Assembly: GCA_963826165.1 (NCBI GenBank)
Contig: CAWGWC010000017.1
Coordinates: forward strand, 121,233 to 185,232
Length of the DNA: 64,000 nucleotides
Direction: 5' to 3'
From: an uncultured Thermoleophilaceae bacterium
GTDB lineage: Bacteria; Actinomycetota; Thermoleophilia; Solirubrobacterales; Thermoleophilaceae
The notes below the pieces were generated by a model that was not told where the DNA came from, did no database searches, and was given only the letters and a program-made list of their open reading frames with translations. A program made the position numbers and the translations under genes. Below are positions 44,743 through 54,064 of this stretch, in pieces. Within the stretch, counting starts at the first letter, position 1. The number at the start of each line of letters is the position of its first letter.

Positions 44743-46026
44743 CTACCTGGTCGGGTTCTCCGAGGACGGTACTAACCCACACCAGTCCCGGATAAAGATC
44801 CCCAACACCTGAGCCGTCTCCACCACGGAGGGGAGGTGCACGCGCTCGTCCACCCCGTGCACTCCCTCGGCGCGGGGACCGAAGCAGAGCGCCGGGGTGT
44901 CTCCGTACAGCACGAACTGGCGCGCGTCGGTGGTCGCGGTGGAGGCGAAGAACGGCACGGTGGAGCCGGCGACGCGGCTGGCCGCCCGGCCGAACGCCTC
45001 GCCGAGCGGAGCGTCGGGCTCGAGCGTGTACCCCTCGCAGGCGAACCCGTCGTAGAGCACCTCCACCTCGAAGCCCGCGAGCGCCGGGTCCGACTCGGCC
45101 ACCGCGGTCACCGTCTCCTGCACCCGGTGCTTGAGGTTGTCCACGCCCTCACCCGGGAAGTGCGCGAGCCGGCACCGGGTGATGCTCTCGCCGGCCACCG
45201 TGGACGGCCAGTCGCCGCCCCGGATCTCGCCCACGTTGAGGTTGATGGGGTGGTCGTACACGTCGTAGGGGGCGGGGGGGTCCACGTTCAGCTCCGCCTC
45301 GAGCTCACGCAGAGCGGCGACGATCGGGAACGTGGCCTCGATGGCATTCTGTCCCTCGGGGGCATCGCCGGCGTGGGCCGGCCTCCCGGCCACGCGCACG
45401 GCGAACCACAGCACGCCGACCTGGGAGTACTGGATGCCCATATTGGTGGGCTCGGTCACGATCGCCGCGTCGCCCGTGCGCCCCGCGAGCACGCAGGTGA
45501 GAGCGCCGTTGCCGCTGCACTCCTCCTCGACCACCGACTGCAGATCCACGCGGGCGCGCGGGGCCAGACCAAGTGCCTGGAGGCCGCGCACCGCCCCGGC
45601 GATGGCGGCCAGGCCCGCCTTCATGTCGCCCGCGCCCCGGCCGTACAGCCAGTCGCCGTCGCGCCGCGCGACGAACGGTGGCGACGCCCACATGGACTCG
45701 GGAGCAGGGCTGACCACGTCGATGTGCCCGTTGAGCACCAGCGAGCGGCCGTCCACCGGCTCGGCGGGCGTCCACTCTGCCACCACGTTGGCCTTGCCGG
45801 CCACGTCCCAGCTGAACGGCGACGCCCCGGGATGCGAGCGCAGAGCGTCGGCATCCAGCGGCAGCTCGACCGGCTCGAGGCCCAGCTGCGTGAACGCGTC
45901 GCGCATCACGGCCTGGCCGGCGGCCTCTTGACCCAGCAGAGTGGGCGCTTCCACCAGGCGCACGAGCAGCTCCTCCATCCACGTGGCCTCGGCGGCGATC
46001 GCGCCGAGGATCTCCTCGTCGGTCAC
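44743..46026 (-). CDS. M20-family ArgE/DapE-type amidohydrolase/deacylase
   Basis: GTG 46026 in frame within ORF 44743..46284, overlapping the amine oxidase stop as GTGA. LNGHIDVV, GRGAGDMKAG, VVEEECSGNG. Confidence 0.85.
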   Translation of the reverse strand: MTDEEILGAIAAEATWMEELLVRLVEAPTLLGQEAAGQAVMRDAFTQLGLEPVELPLDADALRSHPGASPFSWDVAGKANVVAEWTPAEPVDGRSLVLNGHIDVVSPAPESMWASPPFVARRDGDWLYGRGAGDMKAGLAAIAGAVRGLQALGLAPRARVDLQSVVEEECSGNGALTCVLAGRTGDAAIVTEPTNMGIQYSQVGVLWFAVRVAGRPAHAGDAPEGQNAIEATFPIVAALRELEAELNVDPPAPYDVYDHPINLNVGEIRGGDWPSTVAGESITRCRLAHFPGEGVDNLKHRVQETVTAVAESDPALAGFEVEVLYDGFACEGYTLEPDAPLGEAFGRAASRVAGSTVPFFASTATTDARQFVLYGDTPALCFGPRAEGVHGVDERVHLPSVVETAQVLGIFIRDWCGLVPSSENPTR

Positions 46027-47885
46027 GCAGGCACGTCGAGCGCCGGGTTGCGGTCGAAGAAGCCGACCGGCTTGAGCCAGAACGACACGGTGTCGACCGC
46101 CATCACCGGCCACTCCTCCGGGCGGGTCACGTGATGGATCCCGAACACGTACCAGAGCACCACGTCGGTGTTCTCGATGGAGCGGTTGGCCTCGGTCCAC
46201 GCGGGCAGCCCGGCGTCGTCGGCGCTCTGCACGGGAAACTCGCCACACGGCCAGCGCTCGTCCTCGGCGTAGGGCGTGACCCACAGGCTGTGGCCGATCG
46301 CCTGCGCGCGACGGAACACCGGTGACGAGGGATCGAGCATGGGAGGGAAGGCACCGCCGGGCACCAGCTTGTAGCCCACCGGCGTGCCGAGACCGTTGCG
46401 CGCGCCCTCGTTCACGACCTTCCAGGCCCGTTGTGTGCCCCAGTCGTAGTCCTGCTTGCCCTCCTCCTCGGTGCGCAGCGGGGTGCTGTTCTGGACGAGG
46501 GCGAGGCCGTCCGGGTTGCCGGGCCCGATCGGCAGCGCCTCCGATTCGGTCATGTGAACGGTGTTGTGCTCGCCGTCGACGTCGAGATCGAGCCGGGCGA
46601 CGATGAAGTGCTGGTGAAACGGCGCGTAGGTGCGCTCATCCACGAGCGTGCCGTAGGGCGGCTGCTCTCCTTCGGGGAAGTGCGTGGTGACCATGATCCC
46701 GGTGGCGCGCACCTCGCATTCGATGTTCCCGTCCTGGTAGAAGCGCCAGTAGACGAGGTACTCGTAGTTGGCCACGGTGGCGTGGAAGGACACGACCAGC
46801 CGCCGCGAGCGCCGCACCTCCGTCCCCGCCACCGGGTCCACGTGCTTCCACAGGACCGCGTCGTCTTCCTCATGGATGCAGATGGCGTTCCTGACCTCCC
46901 GCGGTTCGCCGTGGGCGTCGTGGACCACCGCGTCGAGGTAGGCGATCTCCCCGAGGCAGTCGCACCCCAGCTCCAGTGAGGTGGTCATGAAGCCGAGGCC
47001 CCACTCCCCGATGTCGAAGGCCGTGCGTGCCTTGTGGTCGTTTCCGGGGTCGCGGTAGGGCACGACCATCTCTGCAAAGGACATCCGGTGGGCCACCGGG
47101 CGCACGCGGCCACCGTCCTCGTAGCCGAGTCCGTGGATCACGAGCCCCTCGCGGGGGTTGAAGCCGAGCCGCATGGACCACTTCTGCCAGCGCAGGAGGT
47201 TGCCGTCGAGATTGAAGGACACGCCCTCCGGCTGGCTGATCTCGAGCGGCTTGATGTCGTCGCGCTGGCGCTGGCCGCGTACGAGCCGCGGCACGTACTC
47301 GCCCATGGTCCTCGGCCGGTCGACCGACGACTGGTCGTCCACCTCGAGCAGCTCCATCGTGTTCATGTCGACGATGAAGTGCAGGCCGCTCAGCGGATTG
47401 GCGTACGGGTTCGACCCCTCGGAGTTGTGGACCCAGACGTCGGTCCAGCCGACCCGGCGGTCGCGGTACTTCTCCGGCACGAGCAGGCCGCCGTAGGCCC
47501 AGGTGTCGAAGAGCACGCGATCGATGTCGTCGATGCCGTGCCGCTCGAGAGCCTCCCGAACCTTCGGCTCCTTGCGCAGCGCTGCGTTGCACTCGTAGAA
47601 CTCGGTCTCGGTGAAGTTCGCCTGCTCGCCCGGGCGGTGCTCCCACGAGGCGACTCGGTCGTCGCCGAGCGAGACGATCGCCTTGTAGGTCTGCCCGTCG
47701 TCGCGGTTCCAGCAGCTCACGATCGCCTCGCGAGCGACCGCGTCGCCGGAGGCCAGCGCGGCCTTGGCGGGCTCCTTCAGCTCGATCGTCCCGAAGCGCC
47801 AGTTCGTCCCCGCATCGCGCTCGCGCCGCAGGATCGCCACGGCGGCGCGGATCTCTTCGGCGGAGAGCGGGTCCAGCGGGTGCAT
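46023..47885 (-). CDS. Copper amine oxidase (topaquinone enzyme)
   Basis: 620 aa. HPLDPLSAEEI N-domain, TPQ consensus TVANYEYLVYW, HQHF His ligands. Confidence 0.9.
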   Translation of the reverse strand: MHPLDPLSAEEIRAAVAILRRERDAGTNWRFGTIELKEPAKAALASGDAVAREAIVSCWNRDDGQTYKAIVSLGDDRVASWEHRPGEQANFTETEFYECNAALRKEPKVREALERHGIDDIDRVLFDTWAYGGLLVPEKYRDRRVGWTDVWVHNSEGSNPYANPLSGLHFIVDMNTMELLEVDDQSSVDRPRTMGEYVPRLVRGQRQRDDIKPLEISQPEGVSFNLDGNLLRWQKWSMRLGFNPREGLVIHGLGYEDGGRVRPVAHRMSFAEMVVPYRDPGNDHKARTAFDIGEWGLGFMTTSLELGCDCLGEIAYLDAVVHDAHGEPREVRNAICIHEEDDAVLWKHVDPVAGTEVRRSRRLVVSFHATVANYEYLVYWRFYQDGNIECEVRATGIMVTTHFPEGEQPPYGTLVDERTYAPFHQHFIVARLDLDVDGEHNTVHMTESEALPIGPGNPDGLALVQNSTPLRTEEEGKQDYDWGTQRAWKVVNEGARNGLGTPVGYKLVPGGAFPPMLDPSSPVFRRAQAIGHSLWVTPYAEDERWPCGEFPVQSADDAGLPAWTEANRSIENTDVVLWYVFGIHHVTRPEEWPVMAVDTVSFWLKPVGFFDRNPALDVPA

Positions 47886-47920
47886 GCCGGCGCAGCCTAT
47901 CCGGCATAGAATCGGCGCCC

Positions 47921-49375
47921 GTGACCACTCTGCGTGGCATCTCGGAGATCCGGGGCTTCTTCCGGACGAACGAGACGCCGGTCTACTTCGTCTCGCCGAC
48001 GGCGTTCAATCTGCTCGGCATCGACCGCTGGGTGCGCAACTTCTTCTACGTCAACTACTTCGACTCGTTCGAGGGCAGCCACCCGCGGGTGATCGTCCCG
48101 AGGGACCGGCCCTACGAGGAGTTCGGCTCGATCGAGGAGATCTGCAACTACCTGCTGAGCCACCGCGAGATGCTCGAGCTGTATCGCTCGCGCGGGCCGG
48201 GCGGCAAGGCCGTGTTCGTGTTCTTCGACGAGGAGACCGAGAGGTGCGCGGCCGAGGCCGGCCTCGAGGTGGCCCTCCCGTCGGCAGAGCTGCGCCACCG
48301 GCTCGACTCGAAGATCATGACCACCCGGCTGGGCGACGAGGCCGGCGTGCCGAGTGTGCCCAACGTGCTCGGGCGCGCGGAGAGCTACCGGGAGCTGCTG
48401 GAGCTCGCCGAGTCGGCGGGTCTCGGCGAAGACCTCGTCGTGCAGACGCCGTACGGGGACTCGGGCAAGACCACGTTCTTCGTCCGCAACGAGGGCGACT
48501 GGGACGAGAACGCCGAGGACATGAAGGCCGAGGAGCTGAAGGTGATGCGCCGGATCGATCCGCGCGCCATAGCCGTGGAGGCGTGCCTGACCCGGCACGG
48601 CACCGTGGTCGGCCCGGTGATGACCGACCTGACCGGCTATCCCGAGCTCACGCCCTACCGCGGCGGCTGGTGCGGCAACGACATCTACCCCGAGGCCCTG
48701 TCGGCCGAGCATCGGGCGAACGCGCGCGAGCTCACCCGCAAGCTCGGTGACCGGCTCGCCCAGGAGGGCTACCGCGGCCTGCTCGAGGTGGACTACCTCG
48801 TGGACGCCGACAGCGGCGACATGTTCCTGGGCGAGCTCAACCCGCGGATCAGCGGCATCAGCTCGATGACCAACGTCAGCGCCAGCGCCTACGCCGACGT
48901 GCCGCTGTTTCTCTTTCACCTGCTCGAGTATCTGGACGTGGACTACGAGATCGACGTGGAGGACATCAACCGGCGCTGGTCAGGCCACGACGCCACCGAC
49001 GTATGGAGCCAGATCGTGCTCAAGCAGCCCGAGGACCGGGTCGAGCTGCTCACCGCCACGCCGGCCACCGGCATCTGGCGGCTGGAGGGCGTGAACGGGA
49101 TCAGCTTCAGCCGCTGGGGCAACGACTGGCACAGCCTGCAGGACGACAGCGAGGGCTTCTACCTGAGGGTGCTGGGGCCCGGCGACTATCTCTACAAGGG
49201 AGCCGACCTCGGCATCCTGGTCACGCGCGGGCGCCTGCAGACGGGCGAGAACGAGCTCACCGGACGCTGTCGCCACTGGATCCAGGGCATCCATTCCCAG
49301 TTCGCCGGCACGCCGGTGGACGCGAGCGCCGACCCGCCGCCGCGCCAGGACGCCCTGGCCTTCAAGCTCAGCTGA
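47921..49375 (+). CDS. ATP-grasp ligase with long pre-ATP-grasp N-domain (carboxylate-amine/peptide ligase type, possibly PGM1-like)
   Basis: 484 aa. LDSKIMTTRL, LVVQTPYGDSGKTTFFV, LLEVDYLVD..FLGELNPRISG (Mg/ATP-grasp core). Confidence 0.8.
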   Translation: MTTLRGISEIRGFFRTNETPVYFVSPTAFNLLGIDRWVRNFFYVNYFDSFEGSHPRVIVPRDRPYEEFGSIEEICNYLLSHREMLELYRSRGPGGKAVFVFFDEETERCAAEAGLEVALPSAELRHRLDSKIMTTRLGDEAGVPSVPNVLGRAESYRELLELAESAGLGEDLVVQTPYGDSGKTTFFVRNEGDWDENAEDMKAEELKVMRRIDPRAIAVEACLTRHGTVVGPVMTDLTGYPELTPYRGGWCGNDIYPEALSAEHRANARELTRKLGDRLAQEGYRGLLEVDYLVDADSGDMFLGELNPRISGISSMTNVSASAYADVPLFLFHLLEYLDVDYEIDVEDINRRWSGHDATDVWSQIVLKQPEDRVELLTATPATGIWRLEGVNGISFSRWGNDWHSLQDDSEGFYLRVLGPGDYLYKGADLGILVTRGRLQTGENELTGRCRHWIQGIHSQFAGTPVDASADPPPRQDALAFKLS

Positions 49376-50324
49376 CGAGGAAGCGCTCGAGCTCGGCTCT
49401 CGAGGGGAGGGCTCCCATGGCGCCGAGCTCGGTGCAGGCGATCGCCCCGGCCGCCGTTCCCCAGCGGACGGCCCGGTGGACCGCGGTCTCGTCCTCGGGC
49501 CAGCCCGGACTCTCAGACAGCACGGTGAGGGTGGCCGCGAGGAAGGCGTCGCCGGCGCCGGTGGCGTCCACCACGCGTTCCACCCGAAACGGATCGGCGT
49601 GGCCCTGGAACGACCGGGTGGCGTAGAAGGCCCCGTCGTCTCCCATGCTGACCAGGACCAGCGTCGCGCCCCGGCCCAGCAGGGCCTCCGCCGCCTCCGC
49701 CGGGTTCTCGGTTCCCAGCACCGCCACCAGCTCGTCCTCGCTCAGCTTGACGATGGTCGAGACGTCGAGCATGGGCTCGACCGCGGCGCGGAAGGCCTCG
49801 AGGTCGTCCCAGAGGTGCAGGCGCAGGTTCACGTCGAAGGCCACAGCCACGCCGAGCTCGTTGGCGAGGCTCGCGAAGCGGTGGGTGGCCGAGCGCACCG
49901 GGTCCTTGAGCAGCGGGATGCTCCCGAAGTTCGCGAACGACGCTCCTTCCAGGCACTCCACCGTGATGTCCTCCGGGGCCAGGAGCTCATCTGCGGCCGG
50001 GTTCGAGCGATAGAAGGTGAACTCGCGGTCGCCGTCCTCCGATACCTCGACGAAGGCGAGCGTGGTGCGCGTGGGCGGCGACTCGCGCAGCACCGCGGTG
50101 GTGTCCACACCCGAGGAGTCGAGCGCCCGCAGGATGAACTCGCCGAAGAGATCGTCGCCGAGCCGGCCGACGAAGGCCGCCTGCGCGCCCAGCCTCGCGG
50201 CGGCAACCGCGACGTTCGCCGGCGCCCCGCCGGGGCGGGCGATCATGGGCAGCTCCACGTCCTCCGAGGACGGCGCGCGGTAGACGTCAGCCACGACCTC
50301 GCCCAGCGTCACGATCTTCCCCAC
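49368..50324 (-). CDS. PfkB-family sugar kinase
   Basis: GTG 50324 in frame within ORF 49368..50459. GGAPANVAVAAARLG and DATGAGDAF. Confidence 0.85.
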   Translation of the reverse strand: MGKIVTLGEVVADVYRAPSSEDVELPMIARPGGAPANVAVAAARLGAQAAFVGRLGDDLFGEFILRALDSSGVDTTAVLRESPPTRTTLAFVEVSEDGDREFTFYRSNPAADELLAPEDITVECLEGASFANFGSIPLLKDPVRSATHRFASLANELGVAVAFDVNLRLHLWDDLEAFRAAVEPMLDVSTIVKLSEDELVAVLGTENPAEAAEALLGRGATLVLVSMGDDGAFYATRSFQGHADPFRVERVVDATGAGDAFLAATLTVLSESPGWPEDETAVHRAVRWGTAAGAIACTELGAMGALPSRAELERFLVS

Positions 50325-50419
50325 AGCGGGCCGAACCCTCGCAGAACACCGGAATCCGAGCCGTCTGACGCTTTTCGATACGGATGTGTTGCGATTCTGC
50401 GCGAGGTGTGCTTTCATAC

Positions 50420-50447
50420 CAATACGCAACGGTCTCGTAACGTATTG
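50420..50447. promoter_or_regulatory. Inverted repeat CAATACG-N14-CGTATTG upstream of the DHA2-tetR operon; candidate TetR operator
   Basis: Read directly in a visibly lower-GC 136-bp spacer. Ends at the RBS GAAGGGAG of ATG 50461. Confidence 0.35.
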
Positions 50448-50460
50448 AAGGGAGCGCACA

Positions 50461-52023
50461 ATGGCACCGGTAACTGGCAGGACCTACGACCTCAGGTGGT
50501 GGACGCTCGTCGTCCTATCCGTCTCCCTGCTGGTCATCTCGCTCGACAACACGATTCTCAACGTGGCCCTGCCGACGATCCAGAACGAGCTGGATGCATC
50601 GAGCAGCGAGCTCCAGTGGATCGTCGACTCCTACACGCTGGTCTTCGCCGGGCTGCTGCTGACCATGGGCAGCCTCGGCGACCGCTTCGGCCGTCGCCGT
50701 GCGCTCGTGAGCGGCCTGGTGCTGTTCGGAGCGGGATCGCTGCTGTCCGCATTGGCCACGGGGGCGGACATGCTGATCGCCAGCCGGGCCTTCATGGGCC
50801 TGGGCGGCGCGCTCATCATGCCGTCGACACTCTCCATCCTCACCAATGTCTTCCCGGCCGAGGAGCGGCCGAAGGCGATCGGGATCTGGGCCGCGGTGGC
50901 CGGGCTGGGAATCGCGGTGGGCCCGGTGGCCGGCGGTTGGCTCATCGAGCAGTTCGACTGGACCTGGGTGTTCCTCGTCAACCTGCCGATCGTGGCCCTG
51001 GCTCTGCTGGCGTCCCCGTGGCTCGTGCCCGAGTCGCGCGACCCGGAGCAGTCGCGGCTCGATCCGCTGGGCGCGCTCCTGTCGACGGTCGGGCTGGGCG
51101 TGCTCACCTGGGCGATCATCGAAGCGGGCGGCGAGCGCGGCTGGACTGACACCGTCACGCTCGGCGCGTTCGGCGTGGCCGTGGCCACCCTCGCGGCGTT
51201 CGTCGTGTGGGAGCTGCGCAGCTCGTCGCCGATGCTCGACGTGCGGCTGTTCAGGGTCAGGCGCTTCACCGGGGCCAGCGTGTCGATCGCGCTCGTGTTC
51301 TTCTCTCTGTTCGGGGCGATCTTCTTCCTCACCATGTACCTGCAGGAGGTGAAGGACTACAGCCCGCTGGCCGCGGGGCTGCGTGTCATGCCGGTGGCGA
51401 TCGGGCTGGTCCTGGGCGGGCCGCTCTCCGCCAAGCTGGCGGAACGGATCGGCACCCGTGTGGTGGTCGCCACCGGACTGACGATCGTCGCGGCGTCCAT
51501 GCTGCTGCTGTCGGGTGCGGACGCCGGAACGAGCTACGAGCTCATCGGCGGGTCGATGGTCCTGATGGGCCTCGGCATGGGCACCACCATGGCGCCGGCC
51601 ACGGAATCGATCATGAGCTCGCTGCCGCTCGCGCACGCGGGAGTCGGCTCCGCCATGAACGACACGGTTCGGATGGTGGGTGGCACACTCGGCGTGGCCA
51701 TTCTCGGGAGCCTCCTGTCGAGTGGCTACGGTGCCGACATGGAGACGAGTGCGCAGGCCCTGCCGCCACAGGCCGGCGAGGCCGCAGAGGGCTCGATCGG
51801 TGGAGCCACCGCCGTGGCCGAGCGCATCGGCGGCGACGCCGGCGCGGCCCTGAGCCGCGCAGCCGAGACCGCCTTCAGCTCGGCCATGGGCTCCACGCTG
51901 ATCGTGGCCGCCGGGGTCGCGCTGGCCGGAGCCGCAGTGGCCCTGACCGTGCTGCCGGGCCGCGAGCGCGAGCGGGCCGAGAAGGCCGGCGTGGCGGCGG
52001 AGGCCGCCGCGGCAGCCGCATGA
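50461..52023 (+). CDS. MFS transporter, DHA2 (EmrB/QacA-like) family
   Basis: 520 aa. LDNTILNVALPTI, GSLGDRFGRRR, 14-TM pattern. Confidence 0.9.
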   Translation: MAPVTGRTYDLRWWTLVVLSVSLLVISLDNTILNVALPTIQNELDASSSELQWIVDSYTLVFAGLLLTMGSLGDRFGRRRALVSGLVLFGAGSLLSALATGADMLIASRAFMGLGGALIMPSTLSILTNVFPAEERPKAIGIWAAVAGLGIAVGPVAGGWLIEQFDWTWVFLVNLPIVALALLASPWLVPESRDPEQSRLDPLGALLSTVGLGVLTWAIIEAGGERGWTDTVTLGAFGVAVATLAAFVVWELRSSSPMLDVRLFRVRRFTGASVSIALVFFSLFGAIFFLTMYLQEVKDYSPLAAGLRVMPVAIGLVLGGPLSAKLAERIGTRVVVATGLTIVAASMLLLSGADAGTSYELIGGSMVLMGLGMGTTMAPATESIMSSLPLAHAGVGSAMNDTVRMVGGTLGVAILGSLLSSGYGADMETSAQALPPQAGEAAEGSIGGATAVAERIGGDAGAALSRAAETAFSSAMGSTLIVAAGVALAGAAVALTVLPGRERERAEKAGVAAEAAAAAA

Positions 52024-52649
52024 GCGCGAAGCGCGCTGATGCCGCAACCGGGGCCGGCGCCGACGAGGCGCCGGCCCCGGCTCGCGGCCGCCCGCGCAGC
52101 GCCGAGGCGCACCAGGCGATTCTCGACGCAACCCTCACCGTGCTCGACGAGATCGGTTACGGCGCCCTCACCATCGAGGGCGTCGCGGCGCGCGCCGGAG
52201 TGGGCAAGACCACCATCTACAGGCGCTGGCCGTCGAAGCTGGAGCTGGCCGTCGACGCCGTCGCGGAGATGCGGCCTGTGTTCCCGCCCGAGGACACCGG
52301 CTCGCTGGAGGGAGACTTCGCGGCCGTCCAGCGCAACCAGATAGCCCGAGTGGCGGCCGGCCCCGTCCCGCGGATCCTGCCTCGCATGCTCGCCGAGTCG
52401 ATGGGCGACACCGATCTCCACCGAGCCATCCGACGAGAGTTGATCGACCCGATACGCGCCGTGATAGCCGAGGTCCTGCAGCGCGGGGTGGAGCGCGGAG
52501 AGCTGCGACCCGACCTCGACCTCGAGCTGGCCACGGACATGGTCCACGGAACGGTCGTCTACCGGATCCTGCTCTCCCAGGGCGACCTGGCGGGGGCCCT
52601 CACGGCGGCGCCACGGATACTTGATCTCATGCGCGTGAAGTCCGGCTAG
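52020..52649 (+). CDS. TetR-family transcriptional regulator
   Basis: ATG 52020 overlaps the MFS stop (ATGA). HTH LTIEGVAARAGVGKTTIYRRWPSK. Confidence 0.9.
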   Translation: MSAKRADAATGAGADEAPAPARGRPRSAEAHQAILDATLTVLDEIGYGALTIEGVAARAGVGKTTIYRRWPSKLELAVDAVAEMRPVFPPEDTGSLEGDFAAVQRNQIARVAAGPVPRILPRMLAESMGDTDLHRAIRRELIDPIRAVIAEVLQRGVERGELRPDLDLELATDMVHGTVVYRILLSQGDLAGALTAAPRILDLMRVKSG

Positions 52650-52666
52650 GATTTGTTGTCGATCGC

Positions 52667-52737
52667 GCGGGCGTGGTGTAACGGCTGCACAAGGCCCTTC
52701 CAAGGCCTTAGTACGAGTTCGAGTCTCGTCGCCCGCT
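52667..52737 (+). tRNA. tRNA-Gly (anticodon TCC)
   Basis: Hand fold: acceptor GCGGGCG/CGCCCGC, D-stem GTGT/GCAC, anticodon stem AGGCC/GGCCT, loop CTTCCAA, T-arm ACGAG-TTCGAGT-CTCGT. Confidence 0.95.
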
Positions 52738-53202
52738 CTAGTCGGCCTCGATCCTCAAGGCGGCCATCGTGGCCCGAAGTGACCCACGGCGACGGGCTGT
52801 CCGGCGTCTGTGGCAGTTCGCGCAGACAACCACGCACTTGGAGATCTCGGCCAGGATGGTTTCCCAGCGCCGGTATGAGAGGGCCTCACCGATCGCGAAC
52901 GTCTTGTCTCTCTGATGGTCGAAATCCAGTACCACGGGGTCCGACTCCCCGCAGTCGCTGCATGGGTGTGCCTCGAAGTAGTCGAGAAGCCACAGGGTGC
53001 GTTCGTGCCGTAGCCGGCGCTTGCTCGCGGCGGCTTGTGCGATGTAGCGAGCTTTGTTCGCCGAGTAGTGCTCGTGCTTGTAATAGGCCCGGCACGAACG
53101 ACACATGTTGTCCCGCTGCTTCTTGGCCTTCCGGCGCCAGTTGAAGTCGCCCTCGGGCTTGTCCTTGCCGCACACTCCGCATCGTCGAAGATGACCTGAC
53201 AT
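52738..53202 (-). CDS. HNH endonuclease (phage/homing type), atypical codon usage
   Basis: 154 aa. CGVCG..CRSC..CSDCG..LDFDH..KCVVVCANCHRRRT. Many A/T-ending codons compared with neighbours. The stop codon abuts the tRNA-Gly 3' end. Confidence 0.85.
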   Translation of the reverse strand: MSGHLRRCGVCGKDKPEGDFNWRRKAKKQRDNMCRSCRAYYKHEHYSANKARYIAQAAASKRRLRHERTLWLLDYFEAHPCSDCGESDPVVLDFDHQRDKTFAIGEALSYRRWETILAEISKCVVVCANCHRRRTARRRGSLRATMAALRIEAD

Positions 53203-53254
53203 GCGAACACATGTTCGCAGTGATGCCGGACGGAACCGCGGCGTTCTCGCCGCC

Positions 53255-54034
53255 TCAGTCCCTCAGGTCCGCCACCACCGCGAAGTGGTCCGAGGGCCAC
53301 ACGCCGTCGACCGGCTCGTTGCCCGCCACCCACGCCTTCGTCACCCGGCGCGGGCCCGGCTCCGCTCCGATGAGGATGTAGTCGATGCGGGCGCTCACGT
53401 CGAACGCCGCCGCCACGATGGGGTTCGCCGGGTCCCACGTCCAGCCGGGATCGCCGTCCGCGGCGAAGCGCCAGACGTCCAGCAGTGCGAGGCCCGCCAC
53501 CGCCGGCGCGGTGCGCAGCCCCTCGAGCAGACGAACCTCGTCCGAGTCCGGCTCGGCGTTGAGGTCGCCGCACACCACGGGAGCCAGATCGCCTTCGGTG
53601 CCCGCCACCAGCTCGGCCAGCGCAGTCACCTGGCTGCAGCGCTGGGCCGATCCGGTGGGGAGCGAATGAAGCTGGGTCGAGAACACGGGCAGCCGCCCGG
53701 CGGGATGCTCGATGGTGGCGCCCAGCACCCCACGGGGGCCGTCGGCGAGCCCATCGGAGGGAAGCGTCGCCGCGTGCGTCTCGGCGATGGGCCAGCGGCT
53801 GAGGATCGCGTTGCCCACCTCGATGCCGTCGTGAGACGCCACCGCCTGGCGGGTCCAGTGCAGCCCGAGCTCCGACGCGAGGCGATCCGTCAGCCGGCCC
53901 TCGGCCTCCGTGGCCCACACCTCCTGCAACGCACACACGTCCGGGTCGAGCTCGAGCAGCCACGAACGAATAGCGGCCTCGCGCTCGCGCCGAGGCTCTC
54001 CGCGCCACCAGACGTTCCAGCTGACCACGCGCAC
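53255..54034 (-). CDS. Endonuclease/exonuclease/phosphatase (EEP) family protein
   Basis: 259 aa. VVSWNVWW, CALQEV, VVCGDLNAEPDS, IDYIL, PSDHFAVVADL. Confidence 0.85.
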   Translation of the reverse strand: MRVVSWNVWWRGEPRREREAAIRSWLLELDPDVCALQEVWATEAEGRLTDRLASELGLHWTRQAVASHDGIEVGNAILSRWPIAETHAATLPSDGLADGPRGVLGATIEHPAGRLPVFSTQLHSLPTGSAQRCSQVTALAELVAGTEGDLAPVVCGDLNAEPDSDEVRLLEGLRTAPAVAGLALLDVWRFAADGDPGWTWDPANPIVAAAFDVSARIDYILIGAEPGPRRVTKAWVAGNEPVDGVWPSDHFAVVADLRD

Positions 54035-54064
54035 TCGGCCGACGGTAGTCGCCGGGAGCCCGCC

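Noticed and set aside
53203-53218. Palindrome GCGAACA-CA-TGTTCGC as the terminator of the EEP gene
   Set aside because: No U-tract and only a 2-nt spacer. It is kept as a note under the HNH finding (possible operator or 5' hairpin).
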